Assembly (NCBI GenBank): GCA_030684635.1
Contig: JAUXUW010000129.1
Span: forward strand, 1 to 63,846
DNA from: Dehalococcoidia bacterium
Lineage (GTDB): Bacteria; Chloroflexota; Dehalococcoidia; UBA2979
Reading direction: 5' to 3'
DNA length: 63,846 nucleotides
A program made the position numbers and the translations under genes. Below are positions 39,504 through 48,709 of this stretch, piece after piece (positions within the stretch are counted from its first letter, which is position 1; the number at the start of each line of letters is the position of its first letter). Under the pieces are notes generated by a model that was not told the origin of the DNA, searched no databases, and worked only from the letters and a program-made list of their open reading frames with translations.

Positions 39504-40424
39504 CTAGGGCTCAACCGTCATGATGTATTCGACCAGCGCGTGCATCTCATCGTCCGTCAGGCCCGCCGCCCGCCAGGACGGCATCGCTGTGCCGGCGCGG
39601 CCCTCGGCTACCGTCGTGAAGTAGAAGTCGGCCGGCTGCGTCAGCCGCGTAGGCGTCAGCGCCGGGCCCAGCAGGCCTTCGCGCTTCTGGCCGTGGCAGG
39701 CCGCGCAGGTCGCCAGGAAGAAGTCCGCCACCGGCAGACCCTGGACGGTCGGGCCAGCGGGGGCAGGCGTCCCGTCACCCGGGGCCGGCGTCGGCTCGCC
39801 GTCCACCGGAGCGGCCGCCAGCGGGTCGCGTTCGTAGAACTCCCTGGCGGTCAGCGCGTTGAACTGGCCACAGTTCTTCGTGGTCAGAGACAGCGCCGCC
39901 GGGTCGGTGATCAGGATATCCGCCGCCGTCGTCGGAGGATCGGTCGCGATGTCGTGCTCGTGGCCAAGCTCCTCCACCAGGTCCCAGCGGCCGGCGGTGA
40001 TCATGGTCACGAGGTAGTTGATCTGCGTGTCCGACAGCGGCCCGCCGTAGTGCTCCGACCATACCGGCATGGCGGTGTTGGTGCGCCCGCAGGAAATCGT
40101 GTTGAACAGGAAGTCGTGGACCGCGCGCGCTTCGCCCTCCGGAGTGGCCGGCGCGCCGTACGAGTTCTTCTCGCCCAGGATCAGGAACGAGGTGCGGTTG
40201 AGGGCCGGCGCAATGCCGCCTTCCTCCCCGCCCAGGCCCATGAGCCCGTGACAGCTGCGGCAGTTCGCGACGAACAGGGCCGCTCCGCGGTGGGCGAGCA
40301 ACTCGTCCTGGCGCTCGGTCGCACTCTCGGCGCGCGGCACCTCGTAGAGGATGTACCCGCCGAACGTCGCGAAGGCCAGGAACAGGAGCCCGATCATCAC
40401 GTTGACCTGTTTGCTCGTGTTCAT
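39504..40424 (-). CDS. Membrane-anchored di-haem cytochrome c
   Basis: 306 aa with an N-terminal TM and two CxxCH motifs (CRSCH and CAACH). Last large gene of the Rieske/cytochrome b operon. Confidence 0.85.
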   Translation of the reverse strand: MNTSKQVNVMIGLLFLAFATFGGYILYEVPRAESATERQDELLAHRGAALFVANCRSCHGLMGLGGEEGGIAPALNRTSFLILGEKNSYGAPATPEGEARAVHDFLFNTISCGRTNTAMPVWSEHYGGPLSDTQINYLVTMITAGRWDLVEELGHEHDIATDPPTTAADILITDPAALSLTTKNCGQFNALTAREFYERDPLAAAPVDGEPTPAPGDGTPAPAGPTVQGLPVADFFLATCAACHGQKREGLLGPALTPTRLTQPADFYFTTVAEGRAGTAMPSWRAAGLTDDEMHALVEYIMTVEP

Positions 40425-40475
40425 CCGCTCACCACTCTCCGCGCCGCGGTGTTCTTGATTCTGCCGTGATCGAGA

Positions 40476-41135
40476 CTAGGCCGGCAGCAACGGATGCTGG
40501 ACCGCCCGCTCGGGGTTGTTAGCGCCACCCGGGGTGACTGAGCCCGTCTGGACCGTGATGTTCCCCGCGGCGTCGATCTCGATCGCCATGGTGTCCATGG
40601 ACCGCGGCGCCGGGCCGAACACCCGGATACCGGCCTTCGTGTAGGTCGAACCGTGGCAGGGGCAGCGGTACCAGCCCGCGTCGCCCTCGTAGGAGAAACT
40701 CTCGCGCCACGGCACCGTGCAGCCCAGGTGCGGGCACTTGCGCCAGAGCGCCAGCAGACCGTCCGCCCCGCCAGAACCACCGGGCCGGGTCTCGTCCGGC
40801 GACAGGTTCGCCATCCAGAACTGACCCTCGGAGTTCGCCTTCGGCTCGCCACCCTTCGGGAAGTCCTTCACGTTCCCCGCGGGAACCGGGCCACCGAAGC
40901 CCTTCACGTTCCGCGGGTAGAGGAAGTCGAGCAGCAGGCCGACGCTCCCGAGGAGCGTGATGCCCAGGCCGCCCCAGAAGGAGGCGCGGATGAAGTTGCG
41001 TCGCGACAGGTCGCGGTCGATCGGAGAGACAGCCGTCAGCGGCAGCGTCTCCGCATCGGCGACTTCCGTCTTGCGGCTGGCCAGCGCCGCCTTCCATGCG
41101 TCGGTCGGCGACTGGCTGCTGGGTTCGTTCGACAC
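40476..41135 (-). CDS. Rieske [2Fe-2S] subunit of the cytochrome bc-type complex
   Basis: 219 aa with a Tat-like RRNFIRASFWGG and Rieske boxes CPHLGC ... CPCHGS. Confidence 0.92.
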   Translation of the reverse strand: MSNEPSSQSPTDAWKAALASRKTEVADAETLPLTAVSPIDRDLSRRNFIRASFWGGLGITLLGSVGLLLDFLYPRNVKGFGGPVPAGNVKDFPKGGEPKANSEGQFWMANLSPDETRPGGSGGADGLLALWRKCPHLGCTVPWRESFSYEGDAGWYRCPCHGSTYTKAGIRVFGPAPRSMDTMAIEIDAAGNITVQTGSVTPGGANNPERAVQHPLLPA

Positions 41136-41164
41136 GTTCGTGTCCCTCCGCGTCCGACCGTCGC

Positions 41165-42043
41165 TTAGTGCGAGGGGTCAGCGAAAATGGTGTACGGCAC
41201 CAGGGCAAGGCCTTCGCCTCGGAAGTAGGTGCCGACAATCGTCAGCGTCACGTACACAGCGATGAAGCCGGAGAACTGCAGGATCATGTGATCCCGCTTC
41301 GTCTGGGCGATCTTCAACTTGTGCGCCACCAGCGACAGGAGGATCGGCAGGCCGACCATCGTGTTGACCGGGATGAACTGCTCCACGATGAAGCCGGGGA
41401 TGTTCCAGTCCAGCTCGATCTTGGGCAACCCCAGGAGATCGAGGCGCAGCACGTTGCCCAGCGGCACGTCCAGCGTCCATGCCGGCCAGTTGATCTCGTT
41501 CTGGATGCCGCGGAGGCCGCGCATGAAGTTCAACGGCTCCGGCCAGGAGTCCTTGCCCGCGATCATCTCGAACACCTGGATGTGCTTCGACTCATCGTAG
41601 AAGATCAGCAGAGTCGTGCCGATGGCGCCGACCGCCGCCCCGACCTTCAGGTTCAGCCACGCGCGAGGCGTCGACAGCCACTCGCCCTGGCCCTCGGCCG
41701 TGTTGTCCCAGTACGGGATAGCGCCGAGCGCGATGAGGGCGACCGTGGGCACCACCACACCGGCGAGCGCCGGGTGCATGTGGAGCAGCAACTCCTGCAG
41801 GTTCAGGAAGTACCACGGGGCCTTGGACGGGTTCGGCGTCACCGCCGGGTTCGCCCGGTCCAGCAGGATGGAGTCCACCATCACCGCCAGGCCCACGATC
41901 AGGATCGTGAACAGGACGGCGCAGATGAACTCGATGAATACGAGATCCGGCCAGACCAGCAACTCTTCTTCACGGGCGCGGCGCTGACGCGCCTTGACCG
42001 CTGCGGAGGCGGGTTGAGCCTGGGTCTGTGGTGCGGCTGCCAT
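41165..42043 (-). CDS. Cytochrome b C-terminal part / subunit-IV-like protein (extended)
   Basis: 292 aa with WPDLVFIEF...PNPSKAPWYFLNLQELL (the PEWY-equivalent region). Longer than PetD, with extra hydrophobic helices. Confidence 0.85.
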   Translation of the reverse strand: MAAAPQTQAQPASAAVKARQRRAREEELLVWPDLVFIEFICAVLFTILIVGLAVMVDSILLDRANPAVTPNPSKAPWYFLNLQELLLHMHPALAGVVVPTVALIALGAIPYWDNTAEGQGEWLSTPRAWLNLKVGAAVGAIGTTLLIFYDESKHIQVFEMIAGKDSWPEPLNFMRGLRGIQNEINWPAWTLDVPLGNVLRLDLLGLPKIELDWNIPGFIVEQFIPVNTMVGLPILLSLVAHKLKIAQTKRDHMILQFSGFIAVYVTLTIVGTYFRGEGLALVPYTIFADPSH

Positions 42044-42065
42044 CGTCGCTTCCTTCCGGCTCTAC

Positions 42066-42827
42066 CTACAGCGGGCGGGCGAGGCCGCCGTCGCGGCGGA
42101 TGCGCCAGAAGTGGACCATCATGAAGACCGCCGCCATCAGTGGCAGGCCGATGACGTGGAGGGCGTAGAACCGCGTCAGCGCGGCCTGGCCCACCTGGAA
42201 GCCACCGACCAGGATGAACCGGTTCGGCTCACCCAGCAGCGGGGCGGAACCCACCATGTTGGTGCCGACCGTGATGGCCCACAGGGCCAGCTGGTCCCAC
42301 GGCAACAGGTAGCCGGTGAACGAGAGCAGCAGGGTCAGGACCAGCAGCACGACGCCGACCACCCAGTTGAACTCCCGCGGGGGCTTGTACGCGCCGGTGT
42401 AGAACACCCGCATCATGTGCATCAGGACGGTCAGCACCATGCCGTGCGCCATCCAGCGGTGCATGTTGCGCATCAACTGGCCGAAGCGGACGTCCGTCTC
42501 CAGCGCCAGGATGTCCGTGTACGCGCGATCCACGGAGGGGACGTAATAGAACATCAGCAGCACGCCGCTGATGGTCAGGCCCAGGAAGAGGAAGAACGAG
42601 AGGCCACCCAGACAGAAGGTGTGGGTGATCTTGACGTGGGTACGGTGGATGCGGGTCGGGTGCAGGTGCAGGAAGACGTTGGTCGCCACTGCCAGCATCT
42701 GGTTCCGCGGGGTGTTCGGGTACCCGGAACGGAAGATCGAGCGCCACAGACGGTTTCCGAAGATCGCGTCGTAGAGCCGGTCACCCATCGAGCGGCCCTG
42801 CGGTCGTTCCGTCGCGGCCATCAGCAC
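42066..42827 (-). CDS. Cytochrome b6-type (N-terminal, haem-binding) subunit
   Basis: 253 aa with conserved His pairs in helices B and D (...NVFLHLHPTRIH..., ...MHRWMAHGMVLTVLMHMMRVF...). Confidence 0.92.
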   Translation of the reverse strand: MLMAATERPQGRSMGDRLYDAIFGNRLWRSIFRSGYPNTPRNQMLAVATNVFLHLHPTRIHRTHVKITHTFCLGGLSFFLFLGLTISGVLLMFYYVPSVDRAYTDILALETDVRFGQLMRNMHRWMAHGMVLTVLMHMMRVFYTGAYKPPREFNWVVGVVLLVLTLLLSFTGYLLPWDQLALWAITVGTNMVGSAPLLGEPNRFILVGGFQVGQAALTRFYALHVIGLPLMAAVFMMVHFWRIRRDGGLARPL

Positions 42828-42888
42828 TTCCTCGTCACTACGCCGGACTCACGTCCGGCACCCCCGCCAGCAGCGCGATCACGCCTGA

Positions 42889-42990
42889 CTAGGCTTCCCA
42901 CCACTTGCCGAGCACGGTCATCACGGCCAGCCCACCAACGAAGGTGAAGAAGACAGCGAGCAGTTCCAGGCCCTCGCCCATTCCCAGCAT
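42889..42990 (-). CDS. Candidate 33-aa single-TM mini-protein at the head of the bc operon
   Basis: ATG at 42988-42990 lies 6 nt behind GAGGAGG. MLGMGEGLELLAVFFTFVGGLAVMTVLGKWWEA has one hydrophobic helix. It ends 61 nt upstream of the cytochrome b6 start. Confidence 0.4.
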   Translation of the reverse strand: MLGMGEGLELLAVFFTFVGGLAVMTVLGKWWEA

Positions 42991-43202
42991 TGCTGCCTCC
43001 TCGCGGTACACGCCTCTTCGGCCGACACACAGCCGCCACCGCAGCGGGGCTGCGGGGCCGGGGCGAATGTAACGAGCGCGCGACGATACGGTCAACGTTC
43101 CCCGCCCCGGGGAGACTCCAAGTTCGCGTCGAGGGGTATCACGGGCGCGATGGGGATGCGGAGGAGTAGACCTGTGGAGGCCTGCCCGTGACGCCGCCCT
43201 GC

Positions 43203-43928
43203 CTATCGGCCGGGCACCCGGGGCACGCCGCTCCGCTTCAGCCGCCAGATACCGGACAGGTCCTCGCGCGCCGTCTTGATGATCTTCACGCGCGTGTCCG
43301 GGTCTTCCACCCAGTGCACGGGTACCTCACGCAGGCGGTAGCTGTTGACCTGGGCGATCCACAGCAGCTCCGTGTCGAAGAACCACTGCGTGTCCCGCAC
43401 CAGAGGCACCAGCGCCCGGGCCGCCTCCCGGCTGATCGCCTTGAATCCGCACTGGGCGTCCGTCACCCGGAGCCCGGCGACGCGGTTGAGGATGAACACG
43501 TAGGAGCGGCTGATGAACTCCCGCTTCGCGGAGCGGGTGGTCTGGGAGTCACGGTGGAGCCGCGTCCCGTAGGCCAGGTCCACCTCCCCGGCCGCAATCG
43601 GGTCGACCATCGCCGGCAGATGGGCCAGGTCCGTGGACAGATCCACGTCCATGTAGGCCATCACGTCCGCCTCAGTCGTGAGCCACGCGGTGCGGAGAGC
43701 GATGCCGCGGCCCTTCACCGGGATGTCGAGCGCCGCCACCCGACCCGGGAAGCGGCCCGCCAGCCCCCAGGCGACCTCCAGCGTCCCGTCCGTGGAGGCG
43801 TTATTCGCCACCACGACCCGCCACTGGTGTTCCGGGTGGGCATCCGCGAACGCCAGCACGCGCTCCACGCTGCCCGCCAGCACATGCTCTTCGTTGTAGC
43901 AGGGGATCACCAGGTCCACGGTCGCCAT
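43203..43928 (-). CDS. GT2 glycosyltransferase (polyprenyl-phosphate sugar synthase-like)
   Basis: ATG at 43926-43928 gives MATVDLVIPCYNEE...ANNASTDGT...YMDVDLSTD...QCGFK (241 aa). The rest of the 806-aa ORF-track entry is an out-of-frame overlap of purH. Confidence 0.85.
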   Translation of the reverse strand: MATVDLVIPCYNEEHVLAGSVERVLAFADAHPEHQWRVVVANNASTDGTLEVAWGLAGRFPGRVAALDIPVKGRGIALRTAWLTTEADVMAYMDVDLSTDLAHLPAMVDPIAAGEVDLAYGTRLHRDSQTTRSAKREFISRSYVFILNRVAGLRVTDAQCGFKAISREAARALVPLVRDTQWFFDTELLWIAQVNSYRLREVPVHWVEDPDTRVKIIKTAREDLSGIWRLKRSGVPRVPGR

Positions 43929-43960
43929 CTGCGTTACCCCTCTTCGAGACCCAGCGCCGG

Positions 43961-45550
43961 CTAGTGACGGAAGTGCCGGACGCCGGTGACCACCAGGGAA
44001 ACGCCCTCGCGGTTGGCGGCCTCCACGGAATCCTGGTCCCGGATGGAGCCGCCGGTGTGCGCCACCAGCGTACAGCCGGCGCTGGCGGCCACCTCCAGCG
44101 TGTCCGGGAACGGCAGGAAAGCGTCCGTGGCGCAGACGGCGCCGCGAGCGCGCTCGCCCGCCTGTTCCTTGCAGAGGCGGGCGCTGCCCACGCGGTTCGG
44201 CTGGCCCGCGCCCATGCCCACCAGCACGCCGTCCTTCACAAACACCACGCCGTTGGACTTCACGTGCTTGCAGATGTTCCAGGCGACCCGCAGGTCCGCG
44301 ATCTCGGACGCCGTCGGCTGGCGTTCGCTGACCACCTGGAAGGTGGCCTCGCTTTCGAAGGAGACGTCGGCGTTCTGCACCAGGACGCCCCCGCGCACGC
44401 TCTTGAACTCGACGCGCTCGCGCCGGGCATCGCCGATCGGCGCCTCCAGGATGCGGAGGTCCTTCGACTTCTTCTTGAGGTGATCCAGCGCATCCGGCTC
44501 GTAGCCCGGCGCGATCACGATCTCGTAGAACATGCGCGTGTCGCCGTCGGACGGGCTGCGCACCTCGCGCAGCGCCTCCGCCAGCGCCATGTCCACCACG
44601 CGGTTCACCGCCACGATGCCGCCGTAGGCAGACACGAAGTCGCCCTCCGTCAGCGCGCGCTCGTAGAGCGAGGCGACCGAGGCGTCCCCCGCCGCGAAGC
44701 AGGCCGGGTTGGTGTGCTTGATGATCGAGATCGCCGGCAGGTCGAACTCCGCCACCGAGTTGAAGGCGGCATCCGCGTCCAGGATGTTCACGTACGACAG
44801 CGCCTTGCCATGGTGCTGCGTCAGCCCGCCGATGCCCTCCACGGGCGTACGCACGGAGTCCCAGGTGTAGAAGGCACCCTGCTGGTGCGGGTTCTCGCCG
44901 TAGCGGAGCACTTCGCGCCGGGTCATGCCGAAGGTCAACTGCTCGGGGAACAGGTCCGCCTCGTCCCGCAGGTACTCGGCGATGGCGGTGTCGTAGTGGG
45001 CGACGTGCTGGAAGGCCTTCGCCGCCAGTCGCCGGCGCGTGTTCGCGGCCACCCCCACCGGATCGCCGCCGGCCGCGCGCAGCGCCACCAGGATCGAGGT
45101 GTAGTCGCTCGGGTCGATCAGCGGGATCACCCACGGGTGGTTCTTCGCGGACGCACGGATCATCGTCGGCCCGCCGATGTCGATCTCTTCGAGCGCCTGC
45201 GCCAGCGTCGGCGAGCCCTTCGTGACGGTCTCGACGAACGGGTAGAGGTTCCCCGCCATCAGGTCGATGTTCGGGATGTCGTAGCGCTGGACGTCCGCCT
45301 CGTCCTCCGCCAGCCCGCGCCGGTAGAGGAGGCCGCCATGCACCTTCGGGTGCAGCGTCTTCACGCGCCCGCCGAGCATCTCCGGGCTGCCGGTGAGGTC
45401 TGCCACCTGCGTGATCGGCAGGCCCGCGTCCGCGATCGCCTTCGCCGTGCCGCCGGTGCCCACGAGCTCCCAGCCCATGTCGTGCAGCCCGCGCGCGAAC
45501 TCCACGATGCCGGTCTTGTCGTAGACCGCGAGGATCGCCCGTCGCGTCAT
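43961..45550 (-). CDS. purH: Bifunctional AICAR transformylase / IMP cyclohydrolase
   Basis: 529 aa with an MGS-like N-domain (RAILAVYDKTGIVEFA...) and a C-terminal AICARFT domain ending in VTGVRHFRH. Confidence 0.97.
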   Translation of the reverse strand: MTRRAILAVYDKTGIVEFARGLHDMGWELVGTGGTAKAIADAGLPITQVADLTGSPEMLGGRVKTLHPKVHGGLLYRRGLAEDEADVQRYDIPNIDLMAGNLYPFVETVTKGSPTLAQALEEIDIGGPTMIRASAKNHPWVIPLIDPSDYTSILVALRAAGGDPVGVAANTRRRLAAKAFQHVAHYDTAIAEYLRDEADLFPEQLTFGMTRREVLRYGENPHQQGAFYTWDSVRTPVEGIGGLTQHHGKALSYVNILDADAAFNSVAEFDLPAISIIKHTNPACFAAGDASVASLYERALTEGDFVSAYGGIVAVNRVVDMALAEALREVRSPSDGDTRMFYEIVIAPGYEPDALDHLKKKSKDLRILEAPIGDARRERVEFKSVRGGVLVQNADVSFESEATFQVVSERQPTASEIADLRVAWNICKHVKSNGVVFVKDGVLVGMGAGQPNRVGSARLCKEQAGERARGAVCATDAFLPFPDTLEVAASAGCTLVAHTGGSIRDQDSVEAANREGVSLVVTGVRHFRH

Positions 45551-45579
45551 CTTCGCCCGCCCTCTCGCCTGCGCGTCCG

Positions 45580-46644
45580 CTAGCCCCGCCGGGGCAGCCC
45601 GCGGATCGCCTCGCCATCTTCACGCGGCACGACCGAGCCGATGCGCCACGACCCGGGGATCGCGTCCAGCACCGCCTGCGTGTCCGCCTCCGCCACGGCG
45701 AGGATCATCCCCACGCCCATATTGAACGTGCGGAACATTTCCGCCTCGTCGACATTTCCTGTCTGCCGGATCAGGTCGAACAGCGGCGGGACCTGCCATG
45801 AGGCGCGGTCCACCTGCCCCGCTACGCCCTCCGGGAGCACCCGTGGGAGGTTCCCGGGGATACCCCCGCCGGTGATGTGCGCCACACCCTTCACATAGGG
45901 CAGGGCGGGCTGCAGGAGCGGCCAGAAGGCCGGGTGGGGCGCGGTCAGCGCCTCGCCCAGCGTCCCGCCCAGTTCCTCGTACCGCTCGTTCAGCACCTTG
46001 CGGTCGTGTTCGTCGCCCAGGCCCTTGCCCAGCGCCCACACCTCCCGCACCAGCGAGTACCCGTTCGTCATCGGCCCGTTCGAAGGCAGCGCGACCAGCG
46101 CGTCCCCGGCGGTGATGGTCGAGCCGTCGATCGCGCCGTCCCGCTCCACGGCGCCCACCACGAACCCGGCGAGGTCAAAGTCGCCGGGCTTGTAGATATC
46201 GGGCATGTCCGCGGTCTCGCCGCCGATCAGCGCCACCCCATTCTGGCGGCACGCCTCCGCGATGCCCTCCACCAATTCCACGCGCTGCTCGGCGGGCAGG
46301 CCATTCGTGGCGATGTAGTCCAGGAAGAACAGCGGCTCGGCGCCCACCGTGATCAGGTCGTTCACGTTGTTGTTGACGATGTCGTGCCCGGCGAGGCGGA
46401 TCGTCCCCAGCGTGGCGTGCAGGAGCACCTTCGTCCCCACGCCGTCGGTGGTCGCCACCAGCACCGGGTCGCGGAAGCGCGCCCCCAGGTGGAAGAGCCC
46501 GGCGAAGCCGCCGGAGCGGCCCATGACCTGCGGGCCGTGTGTGGTGCGCGCGATGGCGCCGAAGCGCTTCGCGATCGCTTCGCGCGCGTCGAGATCGACG
46601 CCGGAAGCGGCGTAGGTGATCGAGGGGCGGGCCTCGTCGCTCAT
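45580..46644 (-). CDS. purM: Phosphoribosylformylglycinamidine cyclo-ligase (AIR synthetase)
   Basis: 354 aa with DGVGTK and DYIA motifs and an AIRS C-domain. Confidence 0.97.
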   Translation of the reverse strand: MSDEARPSITYAASGVDLDAREAIAKRFGAIARTTHGPQVMGRSGGFAGLFHLGARFRDPVLVATTDGVGTKVLLHATLGTIRLAGHDIVNNNVNDLITVGAEPLFFLDYIATNGLPAEQRVELVEGIAEACRQNGVALIGGETADMPDIYKPGDFDLAGFVVGAVERDGAIDGSTITAGDALVALPSNGPMTNGYSLVREVWALGKGLGDEHDRKVLNERYEELGGTLGEALTAPHPAFWPLLQPALPYVKGVAHITGGGIPGNLPRVLPEGVAGQVDRASWQVPPLFDLIRQTGNVDEAEMFRTFNMGVGMILAVAEADTQAVLDAIPGSWRIGSVVPREDGEAIRGLPRRG

Positions 46645-46726
46645 CGGGAGGGCTCGCTCGGACGGGGAGGTCGGGATGGTGCCGGGGTCGGCGGTTCCGG
46701 CAGGCTCACGGTAACGCCGGACGGAG

Positions 46727-48289
46727 CTACGTGCGCCCGGAGCCGGCGGGTGTCTGGAGCATGGAGAGCGGGTGCATGACCGGCTCCGGCACGGACCGCG
46801 GGATCTCGTGGTCCGGGCGCTGCGCCTCGTCCTCCAGCGCGAACTTGTCGAACTGGAGCGGCACTTCTGAGGGGTACTGGCCGGAGAAACAGGCGGTGCA
46901 GTGCTGGCCCGGGCCCAGGTTGGTCGCCCAGATCGTGCCCTCCAGTGACAGGTAGCCCAGCGAGTCGGCGTTGATGTACTCGCGGATCTCTTCCAGACTC
47001 ATGTTCGCCGCGATCAACTCGCCGCGCGTGGCCATGTCCACGCCATAGAAGCACGGGTGGGTGATCGGCGGCGCCGTGATGCGCATATGGACTTCCAGCG
47101 CCCCGGCATCGCGGAGCATCTTCACCACATGCGGCGTCGTGGTGCCGCGGACGATCGAGTCGTCCACCACGACCACCCGCTTACCCTCGAGCACCTCACG
47201 GAGCGGGTTGAACTTCATCTGGACGCCGCGCTCTCGGATGCGCTGGTCGGGCTGGATGAAGGTGCGGCCCACGTAGCGGTTCTTGACCAGGCCCTCCGCG
47301 TACGGGATGCCGGAGGCCCGCGCGTAACCGATAGCGGCTGCGGTCGCCGAGTCCGGGACGCCGATCACCAGGTCCGCCTCCACCGGGTGTTCCTCGGACA
47401 GACGCGCGCCCATGCGCCCGCGTACCGGGTGGAGCAACTGGCCCGAAACCCGCGAGTCCGGGCGGGCGAAGTAGGTGAACTCGAACAGGCACAGCGCCTG
47501 TGATTCCTTGCCGGAGGTCATCACCAGCGGCTCGCCCAGCGGGAAGGAGGAGGTCAGGCCGTCCCGGTCGATACGCACGACCTCGCCCGGGCGCACGTCG
47601 CGGAGGAACTCGGCGCCCAGGTGGTCAAGCGCGCACGTCTCGGAGGCGAGGATGTACCCATGCCCGTTCAGGCGGCCAATGCTCAGGGGGCGGATGCCCA
47701 GGGGGTCACGCACGGCGTAGACCGCGTCGTGCGTGAGGATCGTCAGCGAGTACGCGCCGTTAGCCCGGCGCATCAACTGCGCGAAGCGGGCGTTCCAGTC
47801 CTCGCCGTCGCCGTCGATCAGGATGCGGCCCAGCACCTCCGTGTCGCTGGAGGTCTCGAACGTGAGCCCACGGTCGAGCAACTCCTCGCGCATCACGTCC
47901 GCGTTCACCACGTTGCCGTTGTGCGCGATCGCCAGCTCGCCATGCTGCCCCTTCAGGTGGAAGGGCTGCGCGTTGCCGATGGTGCTGGATCCGGTAGTGG
48001 AGTAACGGGTGTGGCCAATGGCCGCATGCCCGGTGAGGGCTGCAAGCGCTTCCTCGTCGAACACCTGGGAGACCAGGCCCATGTCGGCGAAGAGGTGGAG
48101 GCGGCGGCCGTCAGTTGTCGCGATGCCTGCGGACTCCTGTCCGCGATGTTGCAGCGCGTGAAGGCCGAAGAAGGTGAGCCGCGCAACGTCGTCCCCGGGG
48201 GCAAACACCCCGAAGATGCCGCATTTCTCACCGAGGTTGTCGAGCAACCGACTACCCCCAGACGGCCGGGAGGCCTCTTGAATACCCAC
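46727..48289 (-). CDS. purF: Amidophosphoribosyltransferase
   Basis: 520 aa with a CGIFGV Ntn nucleophile after a propeptide and the PRTase loop VVVVDDSIVRGTT. C-terminal Cys residues are consistent with a 4Fe-4S type. Confidence 0.96.
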   Translation of the reverse strand: MGIQEASRPSGGSRLLDNLGEKCGIFGVFAPGDDVARLTFFGLHALQHRGQESAGIATTDGRRLHLFADMGLVSQVFDEEALAALTGHAAIGHTRYSTTGSSTIGNAQPFHLKGQHGELAIAHNGNVVNADVMREELLDRGLTFETSSDTEVLGRILIDGDGEDWNARFAQLMRRANGAYSLTILTHDAVYAVRDPLGIRPLSIGRLNGHGYILASETCALDHLGAEFLRDVRPGEVVRIDRDGLTSSFPLGEPLVMTSGKESQALCLFEFTYFARPDSRVSGQLLHPVRGRMGARLSEEHPVEADLVIGVPDSATAAAIGYARASGIPYAEGLVKNRYVGRTFIQPDQRIRERGVQMKFNPLREVLEGKRVVVVDDSIVRGTTTPHVVKMLRDAGALEVHMRITAPPITHPCFYGVDMATRGELIAANMSLEEIREYINADSLGYLSLEGTIWATNLGPGQHCTACFSGQYPSEVPLQFDKFALEDEAQRPDHEIPRSVPEPVMHPLSMLQTPAGSGRT

Positions 48290-48316
48290 TGTAGCACGCG
48301 ACCCGGGGAGCGGGCC

Positions 48317-48709
48317 TCAGCCCAGGCGCTCGTGCTCGATCTTCGTGCAACGATCCATCACGACCTCGAGCCCCGCGGCCCGAGCGACCTCCGCAGCCGC
48401 CTCGTTCACGATCTCCAGCTGCATCCAGACGACCTTCGCGCCTGCCGCAACCGCGTCATCCACGACCGGCGGCACGTCCCCCGGACGGCGGAAGATGTCC
48501 ACGATGTCGACGGGCTTCGGCAGGTCGCGCACCGAGTCGTACACCGGCAGCCCGAAGATCTCGGTCTCGGTCGGGTTCACCAGGTAGACCTCGTAGCCGT
48601 GGTCGATCAGGTACTTCGCGACCTCGTTGGAGGGGCGGTCCGGCCGGGACGAGACGCCCACCACGGCGATCGTCTTCGCGTCCCGGATCAGTTCCATCGC
48701 GCGGTCCAT
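48317..48709 (-). CDS. CoA-binding domain protein (YccU/YneT-like)
   Basis: ATG at 48707-48709 overlaps the upstream ORF stop (ATGA). MDRAMELIRDAKTIAVVGVSSRPDRPSNEVAKYL...VDIVDIFRR (130 aa). Confidence 0.85.
   Translation of the reverse strand: MDRAMELIRDAKTIAVVGVSSRPDRPSNEVAKYLIDHGYEVYLVNPTETEIFGLPVYDSVRDLPKPVDIVDIFRRPGDVPPVVDDAVAAGAKVVWMQLEIVNEAAAEVARAAGLEVVMDRCTKIEHERLG

Noticed and set aside
43964-45583. 539-aa plus-strand ORF, and the 806-aa minus-strand ORF at 43203-45623.
   Set aside because: The first is antisense to purH. The second is an alternative frame of purH on the same strand that happens to run into the GT2 gene. Only its last 241 codons (from ATG 43928) look like a real protein.
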